DNA of 64,000 nt from Lytechinus pictus (taxonomy: Eukaryota), in assembly GCF_037042905.1 (NCBI RefSeq), contig NC_087252.1, positions 23,314,001-23,378,000 of the forward strand, given 5' to 3'. Within the stretch, counting starts at the first letter, position 1, and each line of letters begins with the position of its first letter. The notes below the pieces were generated by a model. That model saw only the letters and a program-made list of their open reading frames with translations, made no database searches and was not told the DNA's origin. This document shows positions 53,192 to 64,000 of the stretch, one piece after another. Made by a program: the position numbers and the translations under genes.

Positions 53192-54630
53192 CAATGCGTT
53201 TCAGAAAAAAAGGTAATCCAAATCTAGAGAGCCGAAATTCAAAGCCCATTCAATTCTATAAAATCATATGGTTGGATATGAGAGACGAATTCCTCAGCTT
53301 TACATTGATACCCTATTTGTACCAGTTGTGTCAAGCATGACCAAATTAACTGATGTTGAAGACAAAAGATGCAGATACCCCTTTTTAGAAGTATTTGAAA
53401 ACTTGATGAAAGGGTCGAGGCTGGTGTAAATACTTTCATCGATGCCCGAGTTGGCAACAATATTTTGATTGGCCTCTTTTTCTTCCAAGGGAGTGTAAAT
53501 GGGCGATTGTACTTGCAGATGATTGACGAGGAGATCGTGACACAGTTGGATCAACATTTTGAGAGACATGTTCGAGGAGTGTACAGGTGGATCCAGGATG
53601 GCCCTCCTGCGCATCGTTCCAACACCATTCGTGATAGACTGTTTGACATCGAGTTGTTATCCTCAACCATGACGTAGAATGGCTAACAAGATTGCATGAC
53701 CTCGATCATGCCCTGTGATTATTTCCCTTGGGGACACGTAAAGAAAACCAAGGTGTTCGCAACTTGGTTCGCAACTCCTCAAGATATTGATGATTTGGAG
53801 GGCCGAATTCAACTTGAGGTGGAAGCTTTGCGCAATGATCCAGCAATGGTGAGACGAGTTGTTTTAAGGCCACCGCACACCTTACGACCCGACCAGTCGC
53901 CGACTGGCTTGCGACTGAGTGAGGGGAGATGTGACGTCACAGCGCATGTCAGCTTCAGAGTCGCAGACCGGTCAGAGACAAGTCGCAAGGAAAATCGGAA
54001 GGATTTGACATGTCGAATCCTTATGACTGGATCGCAAGCTCAATCCAAATTCCAGCCAATCAGACAGCAGAGTTGCACGACGCGTATATGATAAACAACG
54101 CGCATACGCAGTAGTAAACGCATTATCTTTGTTGTTATGCCAAAAAGCAAAAAGCGCATGCGTGAGTCGCAAATCGGATCGCAAGGTGTGCGGTGTCGTG
54201 GCTTATGACTACCTTGCGATTCATCTCCCCTCTCCTTCCACGGTGCCTGCTTTGTGTGCAAAGGAGACGGGAGGACATGCAGGAGGACATGTTGAAGGTG
54301 TGGGTGAATAAGACATCAACCTTTCAAACATCATTTCAGAGGAATGCCTTGACTCTACATTCCAAAAATTACTTGGAAACCTCAAAAACATCCTATTCTA
54401 TCATGTGCAGATTTTACCCTCTTTACCAAAACTTGGAAAAAGTGTCATCTTCACCCATTGTCATTAACATTAATTCGGTCATGCGTGACACAAATGGTAC
54501 AAATAGGGTATCAATTGAAAGCTGAGGTGTTCTTTTCTCATATCCATGCAGAATAATTTCACGAAATCAAATATGATACGAATATACCAGCCCTCTATAT
54601 TTGGATTACTCTTTTTTCTGAAACGCACTG
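53192..54630 (+). mobile_element. Internally deleted Tc1/mariner-superfamily transposon
   Basis: TA TSD; TIR CA(A/G)TGCGTTTCAGAAAAAA; subterminal IR 53298-53342/54477-54522; transposase remnants QDGPPAH, PCDYFPWGHVK, GGHVE. Confidence 0.9.
53867..54204. mobile_element. Harbinger-like MITE interrupting the transposase
   Basis: AGGCCACCGCACACCTT...AAGGTGTGCGGTG ends. Confidence 0.7.
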
Positions 54631-55688
54631 TATACATTTGAAGTTAAAAGAACCTACAATTGCACGTTGCCAGGATTTAAGAGAGAGCTGTTGGACATTC
54701 ATTGTATTTACGCGCTGCAATCGACGGTGCGAGCAGATCATTGACACCAAAGTTAAACGACGCTCACGCAGATGTCATGTTCTGAATGCCCAAACCCTTG
54801 ATTCTCAGTTGCGTACGCTTTGGCTGCTTTTCGAAACCTTCTGTTTTGTGAAGTGGCGTCATCAGATGTTTGGGCCAACGTACGCCGATATAGGTATCAC
54901 ATGCCTAATTCATTTCCCAAAGACTCGTGTGTTAAAGTGGCACTTTGAAAAAAATCATAAAAGATAAAGAGGAAATTCGAGGGTTGAATGTTTACTACCA
55001 GTGGACAGGATATATATCTGACATTCCATATCTGACCAGAAAAGGGTACCTCGACCGGCTCATTTTAAAAATAAATCGGCATTTATAAAGATTACACCTG
55101 ACAGGATCAAATTCATCACTTGAGAGAGTAAAATGGCCCTAATTCTTCCACCAGTAACAAAATAGTTCCAAAGTAGTGATATATCTTTCCAATTTGGAAA
55201 AAGGAAGTTCAGTAGGTACCCTCCCTAGAATCAGTGTTAGATTGTCAGTCATATTCATTCATTTTTGTCAATCAGCAATATCAAATTTGAAAATTGAGAA
55301 TGGGTTGACTCGAATGAATATCTTTTGCCTGCCAGTTGTAATTAGGCCCGTGAAACCTCTCGTCAAAAGCAGCATTAGACCCGTGTTTACAGCACCGTCC
55401 TACAGCGCCCTCTTGAATCCAGCGAATGTGCACATTAAATTAGCTTCATAAGCTACAGTACTCTATGAATAATAATAATATATAATATGTTAACAAAAAA
55501 CCCAAATCTTTTTCTAATTTCACTTCGAGAAACAAAATGCATGCCGCTAATGCACTATTTGTTTATTTGAATTTAAAAAAAGAAGAAGAAGAAGAAGAAG
55601 AAGAAGGAGAAGAAGAAGAAAAAAAGAAGAAGAGGGGAGGAGGAAGAGGAGAAGAAGAATAAGAAGAACCAGAAGAGTCCCTACAATC

Positions 55689-56041
55689 TTAAAACTCCTT
55701 AGCAAAAATAGCCATGAGAAGAGCAGCAATGACGACGACGACGTCGGTACGCAGAGACCCAGCCCCTCCAACAATAGTCCCGTTGAGGGGGCATACAATG
55801 TTTGCATCCAGCCGGGTTGTGTCTGCCTGAAATATCATTGGCAAACGTCCTACGAACGAAGCCGCTGTGTCAGAGATACCATAGTCATCGCGATAACTCA
55901 AAATATTTCCGAGCAAGTCGGATCGGGCATCATTATCTTCACTGCATGTATTACTTTTGATTGTCTGCACACATCCAAAAATGGTAGCATTGAAGGCCAC
56001 TGGCACGGGTGGATTGGGATTGGACTTTACTATTCCCGTCC
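55689..56041 (-). CDS. Terminal exon of a Ly6/uPAR-like, probably GPI-anchored protein
   Basis: TTTTCTCGCACAG acceptor; phase 1; FGC..TC..VC; hydrophobic C-terminus GGAGSLRTDVVVVIAALLMAIFAKEF*; AATAAA at 55562-55567 (-). Confidence 0.82.
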
Positions 56042-57131
56042 CTGTGCGAGAAAAGATGAAAATATACAAAGAAAAGAGAAAATGTTCTTGTTAAAACAAT
56101 TCTTCTATTTGATCATGCTCAATGGGTTTTTTAGTGTACCTTATCGTTTTAAAACTTGACCATTATAGCCTACAAGCTTAAGACACGAAATTCAAATCAT
56201 ATAAAATCATTTGATTACACCAATGTGATAAACATTACAAATATATGAGATGTAATACATGTATGAGATGAATAAAAAAATGCACAAAAGTCAGATTTGA
56301 ATATTATAAAAAAGATATGTATATCATCAGGATCACTATTGTCAATTTATTGACTTTGAACCAGATAAAATTAGTTTTTCCTTTTTCCCTGTTTACCGAC
56401 GAGACAAGATAAAAGACGGACATTTCCAAACAAGGTCAGTTAATATTCATTGGCTCTCGTGAAGTATGTTCATACTTGAATCATGCATATTATCTCCATG
56501 GCTGATGGTACTAAGGGCGTCGACCCATGTTTCGGATTTTTTTCCCAAATTTTTTTTTGCGCGCCTTACGCGCCACACTTTTAATACAAAATGTTCAGAA
56601 AAATGGGCAATTTCGTATTTTCAGAAGTTGTATATGCCAAATGGTTTTAAAGCAATTTCCAATGAATTTTATAATATATATTAGCATTGTATATTATGAC
56701 TTATTCAATTTGTCAAATTATTGGGGGAGGCAAATCGATATGTCCCCCCCCCCAAAAAAAAAAAAAATCATTACCCACCCCCTCACCCAGGATCGACGCC
56801 TCTGGTAATGAGACAATTTTAAATTGCGTACAGATTGCACTTGCCAACTTGTCTACTTGGAGACGACATGTGGACATATACTGTACATCGTGTCAAGGTT
56901 TTAAACCCCAAAATAAGGATATTTCGTACCGAAAAAAAAATGACGAGCAAAAAAAAGACACGAAAAAGGGTTCTTTACTTTCAAAAGAGGGGGGCACATC
57001 TCCGTTTTAATGGCATTTTTACATTAAAAATTTTAATTTTACTTCTCAAAGGGGAGGGGGGCACATGCCGGCTGTGCCCCCCCCCCCTGGATCCGCCAGT
57101 GCTCACACCCTTATAGGGTTACATGTATTAC

Positions 57132-57269
57132 CATTGATTGTAGCGCGTCCACAAGCGGTCATGTTGTTCCAGCATGTCACTTCTGGTAGATTGCTCATAT
57201 TGCATTGCAGATCAATGAGATTAGGCTGTGTTTGTAAGGATATACAAGCCTTGCACTTGAGTTGTTGAC
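57132..57269 (-). CDS. Internal exon of the Ly6/uPAR-like protein (QQLKCKACISLQTQPNLIDLQCNMSNLPEVTCWNNMTACGRATING)
   Basis: Long pyrimidine tract plus TAG acceptor; G|GTAATA donor; 138 nt, phase 1-1; LKCxxC start; signal-peptide exon not located. Confidence 0.82.
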
Positions 57270-57791
57270 CTAAACCAGGAAGAAAGAGAAAAAGAGACGT
57301 TAAAATAACATTTTTTTATCCATTTCTCATAATGTAGACCTACACCTCCGGTCTACAATCAAGAATGTGTGAATCCTCTTTTATCAATTCTCATTTCATA
57401 CAAACTGCAGAATTTTGTTAAAAACGTGGATTTTAATGTCAAAAGATCAGATTTCAACTTTAACTGCTTTGTATTTAAAACAATTTTGAGAATATAATTA
57501 TTCGCACAAATGACAGATTAAAGTTTCAATACTCATTTTTTTCATTCCGAATCGACATATTACACTTTAATATGAAATAATAACCATATACATGTAAATC
57601 AATACAAGGGAATATAGTACTATGTTATGAGGCGCCGATTGTTCCAGTATTATATAGAGCAAATATTTGTTATATAATCATTATTTATTAAATAATAACA
57701 ATTATTTATATATAATTTGCACTTTATTTGTTGTTTTTACGCGTTGCGTTTTGCGCACTGCGTTTCTTGATGCTGTTAACTAATAAATTCA

Positions 57792-57832
57792 TCATTTCCT
57801 GATGAAGCCCTATGGGCGAAAATTTGATCTAT
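57792..57832 (+). ncRNA. Minimal hammerhead-ribozyme-like motif, possibly degenerate
   Basis: CTGATGA-A-GCCC-TAT-GGGC-GAAA-ATTT; stem I is weak. Confidence 0.4.
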
Positions 57833-57864
57833 TTTTTCTCTCTCTATATATATATATACATATA

Positions 57865-58260
57865 TAATAGGACGTGCTACATCTTTTTGAAGTATGCCTA
57901 ATGCAAAAACAAAACGAAGTAAAAAAAAAGTGAAGAAAACTAAAATTATAAAATGAAGGAGTTGTAAAAGGGGAAGCTCTTGAATTAAATCAAGTTAAAA
58001 TCAGAGTGTTTTTGGACTACATATCCTTTTAATTGTTCATGGTTGTAGGGTATAAGAAAACAAAATAATAGGGTGCGCTATGTTTTTTTTGGAAGTATGC
58101 CTAATGCAAAAACAAAACGAAGTAAAAAAAAAGGGAAGGAAAAAAACATTGTAGGAGTTAAAGGGGAAGCTCTTGAAATAAATCAAGGTAAACGCTGAGT
58201 CTTTTGGACTGTAAATTCTGTTAATTCTTCATGGTTGTATAGGATTTAAAAAATTACCGA
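57865..58260. repeat. Two-copy ~200-bp tandem duplication
   Basis: GAAGTATGCCTAATGCAAAAACAAAACGAAG near 57888 and 58092. Confidence 0.85.
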
Positions 58261-58711
58261 CTAATGGATTAATGGAAATAAAATTAGCTCATTTTACCGT
58301 ATATCTGGATATTTCATGTTTGGTTCTATTTACCAATTCCTTCATACCAACCATTTATTTCGAAATAATTATATTGTTGTTATGAGAGAGGGGGGGGGGG
58401 GGGCACAAAAAGGGAGGTGTAGGTCCCGTTACTGTATTTTAGCCTACCCCTGTAATCCAAATCAGAAGTAGACCCCCCACCCTCACTGGAGAGAACACAG
58501 AGTCCCGTAGTGTGTGCTAGTTGTGTTCAAAGTGTGGAACACAATATGAAATCACCTTCACACTGTTATAGTAGAGAGTTTTAATCGCATACTCACATAG
58601 TCGACCATGTGACAATCGAGGTGTCCACAGTGTGAAAATATCTTCACGCTGTTGAATTTGAGCATCTTAACAGTGTGAATGTTTTCACATAGTCCACAAT
58701 GTGAACACACT

Positions 58712-59022
58712 GGCCCGTATTCTGAAGTCGGGTTTAAGTTAAACTCAGGTTTAAAGCTGTAGTTTAAGTATGGATAGCCAATTGTTACATACATCACTAA
58801 CTGTAGAGATATCATACTTCAGCTCATTTAGCTCTTAAATCATTCATAATTGTCTAGGAAGTATAAGCAGATTAATGTCTTTACCATCGATGAATCAGGA
58901 AAGAGTGCAGTAAACATAAGAAACACACTACTTATTAATAATTTTGATACTTATGGCTTCCCATACTTAAACCACAACTTTAAACCTGGGTTTAAATTAA
59001 ACCCGACTTCAGAATACGGGCC
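58712..59022. mobile_element. Palindromic ANT-TSD MITE inserted in a CACAGTGTG element
   Basis: ACT TSD; same family as 37880, opposite orientation. Confidence 0.85.
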
Positions 59023-62000
59023 ACTGTGATCAGACTGTGTGACACTGTGTTCTGTATAGCCCCCCCCCCCCATCCATCAAAATAGCCTGGCATCCACCCC
59101 ACCCTGGTGGTATGGCTTAATCATAATAATACTGGTCGCTTGTATCTTATGTTCTCTTATATAGCATATCACCTTAATTTAAGGGCTTATAGAAAAAAGG
59201 GGGACTGAAATAAAACATCCACAAAAATATTGTACTAGCAAGCTTTTCTAAATAATGAATAGAATAATTATCAACTGCCAATATATTTAGAGAAAAATAT
59301 ATATTCCCTTGCCATACTTAGCAACAATTAATCAATATAAACACGGTTTCAACATGCTTGAGTATTTAAGTTCTTACAGGAATATCCAGTTGATATTGAT
59401 ACCAGGAAGAAAAATAGAAATAAGTATAACAAATTTAGTAAACAAGCCTATCAAATAACCCACAAAATAACGATTTCGGTACTGGTCTATAAGCCTCGAC
59501 GTCCAAAAAAATACAAAAACGATCTTAAACCGGATCTACCTTCTTGAAAGAGGACAGGGCTCACAAAGCGTTGCGATTGGTCGGTGGGTAAACAAATCTA
59601 GGCTTGGTATTTTTTTAAGGATGTTTTGTTGTACTCTCTCAAATCAAAATACACATTCACATTCCATAAGCAAGTTGTACAAACTATTTGAAACATGATT
59701 ATAAATTATACAATAAATCCATAACAAATATAATTATACAAATTATACATCAAACTTCAAAGATACTAGAAATTAATACTAATGCGTTTCAGCAATTACA
59801 AAATGAAATATTAACAAGATGTATGAAATGATAAGAGAGAAAAAAAGATAAAAAGTGTTTTTCTACCTCCCACTAAAAAATATGGGGCCGTTGGTTTCCT
59901 TTTCTCCCATCGTAATCTAACCCTTAAAAATATCAAAAACTTGAGGATATTCATCCGATCATTTTTCGTTACCTCTCAGGATACGTTTAAAAAGGTAATA
60001 TTACGGGAAACATTCTGCTGGTATGCTATAGAGTTACCAAGGCAACTTCACCATGTTCACAGGGGCGTATACCCTTCTTGTTTCAAGTAGAAAAAAGAGA
60101 GGCGGAAAGAAAATGATGTAAGAAGGAACAAGAATATATGAAAATGAGAGCTCCCGGTTTGGTAACATTACAACACCCTATAATTCAATTGAGAAATATA
60201 GAAGGTCTTCGTGCCCCTCGTCGCCCCCCCCCCCCGGCCATAATCAATCTTCCTCGTACCACCCCTGACAATTCCAATGGCGGTGCTCGCGTGTGGAAAA
60301 CATGATATTTTGACTTTATACGACTATTTCAAGTTATTGCAATGAAAATATAGTAGAATAATTATGAAAGGGGGAAAACAGGAGATTGGGTGCTGCAATT
60401 ACCCTTACTTTTATTACTTGGATTCCGAAATGATCTGGTGGAGGGGTCGCGTTACCTCCGCCCCCCTTCCCATATCAGAATATGCCTGCGTGTCCCCTGT
60501 GAAGGGGTAGGGTACCCTCATGTTTTAAGCATGTGAAATTGATTGACAATTGTAGTTCTCTTTCGAGAGATCGGGTCATAAATATACTTCATGTATACTC
60601 TTAAATCTATACATGCGATAAGAACGCGAAGACGAGCGCTATAATTTCCGTAAAGAGATTCATCTGATTGGTAAAAACACACACAAAAAAAACTGTCATC
60701 TTTTCACGAAAGATGAAAATTTTGTTTTATTTGAACGGTATAATCGTTTCTTCATAGTTTCATTTAGTAAAAAGCCATACACATTTTGCTTTATTAGAAT
60801 TCAAAGCACAAAAAGTCAACTATAGTTATGTTCATACTGTTATTCCAATTCGTTATATTTTTATATTTAACAATCAACATTGTTAAGGTACGTACGTGAA
60901 CTGCTAGTGGTGCACATTGGTTGGGCATGGAGGGGACATTTTTTCGAAGCTGGGCTTGAAGATATCAGCCCCTGAAACTTGTATTTAATAATAATAATAA
61001 TCCGTTTTTTTATATAGCGCTTAATACATCGGAACGACGTGTCTAAGCGCTTTACAGATATATTATTATCTTCTAGCATTAGAAAGATAGAAGAAAAGGG
61101 GATAAAAAGGATGGCTATGTCCAGCGAACATACCAAAATAAAGTGAGTCAAAAGGAAGGAACTTGCCAAGCAACTTCTGAGCTGTCGTCCCAGTGAATTA
61201 TCTTAAAACCAGTACGAAATTTAGTACAGGATCTATAGGTTTTACAACGGACACAATTACGTTTTAAAGGGGGTGTGAACTGTGTGTGGTCTCTCATTGA
61301 CTGTGTGTTATAAATACATAGTCTTAAAATATACGTTTTCAGATATCTACTAATACTACAGAGAATAAATTGACCTATAATTGTATTTGTATAGAGAAAT
61401 TAAAATGTTTTGAGAGGAAAAGTAATTGTTTTGCTACTTGGTAACATGATTATTGCAGTATAAAAAGTATTGAGTAGCACGTTATCATTCAAGTTGGTGT
61501 ATATTACTAGACTACACTAGCATTATGGGTCAGGAAACCGGCCAGGTATGAATAGTTGAGGACTGAGATGGCGCTATTGGTTCGTATCTGCTTTAAATTG
61601 GAACTCAAACTTGGACATAGAATATTATTTGAGAGGGGGGAATGAATAAGACAAAATGGTGAACGTTTGAAAGAAATCGGACAGGCAATAAGAAAAGTCA
61701 TGGCTGTTTTAAAATGGAATTTTCTTTAGTTCCCTAAGACTATGTAAATTTGAAGTTGGCAAATGGTACGTAAAACTCTCCTACATAAACCATGTACTTT
61801 ATTATCATGGATTTGTGTTTTTCCCCACGAGTATACCTACTCCCATGGGGCAGTAAGACAGGTAGAATATTGTTTTACTACTTAATGAAAGAAAAAATAC
61901 AATTTGAAGAAAAGATTTAGATTTTTTTTTTATGTATTGGAGTAAATGAAAGAGTAGCCCTTTCCTTTATCACTATGACTCGTCAGTGCGGAGAATTTGA

Positions 62001-62401
62001 AGTCTCATTTATCAATTTTTACAGCTTTTAAAATTCATGACTTTAAGTTTTGTCAACTATTATTCAAACTTTAACCTATCAACTTGTCTGATTTTTCCTA
62101 TCTCTCTAGAAATAACTTTTAATTTTGGTTAGATTCCTCTTTCACTGTTTGTATACGGTTATGTTTTTGTAGGATGTGTGAAGATTTGAGAAAAATCAAA
62201 CTTCCTCGTTTCGAGTTGAATCATAAAATATGTTAACATATTGTGAATAAATGATCTTTGTAATATTATCATCCTTCATTCCTGTCATCCGGTTTGAGAC
62301 CTGGACACTGAAGAACCATAACATTTCCTTGTTTCGGATTCCGATCCACAAAATCTTTGCATGAATTATCGCGGGTAAATGCTAAAACATGTGGTGCTTA
62401 A

Positions 62402-63178
62402 AGAACAAGTCCACCCCAACAAAAAGTTGATTTGAATAAAAAGAGAAAAATCCAACAAGCACATCACTGAAACTTTCATCAAAATCGGATGTAAAAAAGT
62501 TATGAAATTCTAAAGTTTCGCTTAATTTCACAAAATAGTAATATGCACATCCCGGTCAGTATGCAAATGAGGGAACTGATGACATCACTCAGTCACTATT
62601 TCTTTTGAATTTTATTATACAAAATATGAAATATTCTAATTTTCTCCTCATTGTCCTGTGAAAAAAAGTTTTATTTCACCCTGAACATGTAGAATTACCA
62701 TTGTTTAACGTTTTATGGTAAAGTCATGTTGGTCCTTATTGCCAAGTCTGTAAAAATTGAATAATTGTATAATTCAAACAATAAAAAACAAAAGAAATAG
62801 TGATTTTTTTTTTTTTAGTTTTTTTTTTAAGAACAAGTGCACACCTAGTTACAAATAATGCGTAAAGCATTTTCTTTTATTTGAATGCAGGATAAAAGAG
62901 CATAGGTGTCGTAGCCGGGGATCGAACCCCGGACTTTCCATGTATAGCCGCCTTAGACCACTCGGCCACGGCACCTCCATGAGTGAGTGACATCATCGAT
63001 TCTTCCATTTGCATGTGACTAAGTTTTGCATGGAACTATTTTGTGAAAAATAAGCAAAACTTTAAGATGTCATAACATTCTCATTTTACATCCGATTTTG
63101 ATGAAATTTTCAGCATTATGCTTGTATGATTTTTCTTTATTGATTCAAATCAACATTTTTCTGGGGTGGACTTGACCT
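62402..63178 (+). mobile_element. TTAA-type MITE with a nested SINE
   Basis: TTAA at 62398-62401 and 63179-63182. Confidence 0.85.
62804..62978 (-). mobile_element. Short tRNA-derived SINE with poly(A) tail
   Basis: Minus strand GTGGCCGAGTGGTCTAAGGC..GGTTCGATCCCC..AATAAA..poly(A). Confidence 0.85.
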
Positions 63179-63273
63179 TTAATTTCATTTTATTTGATCT
63201 TCCTGTAAGAACTTCTGCATTTTGACACCATGATCACCAACCTGCGCCTTTTCATTTCAGAGATACCATTATA

Positions 63274-64000
63274 CCATGGGCGGAAATCCCAGGGGGGACA
63301 GGGGGGACGTGTCCCCCCTACCAAAAATAGTAGGGGGGACACAATATCAAATGTCCCCCCTACTATTTTTGGTCTTTTATGATGGAGAAAAATGCATCAT
63401 TCACATTCGAAATAATACATGTATTTTGGACTAAATGACCTTACATTTTGGGTGAAAACCTTTGTTTATTTTGCTTGTCAAATTTTCAAGAGTGAATAAA
63501 ATAAGATGAGGGGAAAACTTAGAAAGAATATTTCATGTCACTATATAAAATTTTCGCTCGCGCTTCGCGCTCGCATTGCCTGTTAAGTGATTTTTCAATA
63601 TGGAGCTTAGATATCATGTTTGGAAGTCAATATACATTATACATTTCACCTCGGAAATCGAACTTTCATTATTTTGTGTGATTTACAAACGGATTTAAAA
63701 AAAAGTGATTTATAAAAGTTACAGCTTTATGGTCTGAATATTGGCATTTTCTACTCGCACTGAGCGCTCGCAAAATTCGATTTATTCAGTATCTATTATT
63801 TTTGTGTATTCCATTTAGATTGAAAATATCCCTTTTCAAGTCTGATTGTCAAAACGTAGCAGATAGTGCTACTTGTATTTTGATTGGCGATTTATGTATG
63901 TCTCAATATTGATTTTCATGACAGTTTATCAAAGATTTTGGCTCGCAATTTGCGCTCGCATTGATGGTTAAAAATATTTTAACTGATGCATTCTATTCCT
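63274..64000. mobile_element. Start of another element with GCTCGCGCTTCGCGCTCGC repeats
   Basis: CCATGGGCGGAAATCCC terminus; reverse-orientation core repeats. Confidence 0.6.

Larger units (their letters stand above)
49438..55449. mobile_element. Putative old ~6-kb TIR element containing nested insertions
   Basis: ~65-bp imperfect inverted repeats at 49438-49502 and 55388-55449. Confidence 0.55.

Noticed and set aside
62260..62395. Short minus-strand open frame as a candidate upstream exon of the Ly6-like gene
   Set aside because: No signal-peptide character, ends in a stop, and the frame is closed upstream even after removing the MITE

Overview
AT-rich, intron-containing animal genomic DNA. 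The repeat families (tRNA-derived SINEs, GCGAGCGCGAAGCGCGAGC satellite-bearing elements, many TTAA-flanked MITEs) suggest a sea urchin such as Lytechinus, but that is inference. Most of the window is nested transposon debris. Supported genes: a tRNA-Lys(UUU); a spliced + strand gene for an ~290-aa acidic, Pro-rich protein with one C-terminal TM helix (two candidate micro first exons, stop codon split by an intron); the last two exons of a - strand Ly6/uPAR-like, probably GPI-anchored protein; and a probable first exon (MAEK) of another - strand gene. Most notable mobile DNA: (1) a full-length ~6-kb PAT-like tyrosine-recombinase retrotransposon (22065-28060, -) with identical split direct repeats, decayed ORFs and an intron in gag; (2) palindromic, TSD-less, Crypton-like elements, one inserted in inverted orientation into a copy of itself within a four-tier nest; (3) a hidden ~6-kb inverted-repeat-bounded interval with CTCF-like motifs in its ends; (4) a minimal hammerhead-ribozyme-like motif. 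All family assignments were made by eye, without database searches.
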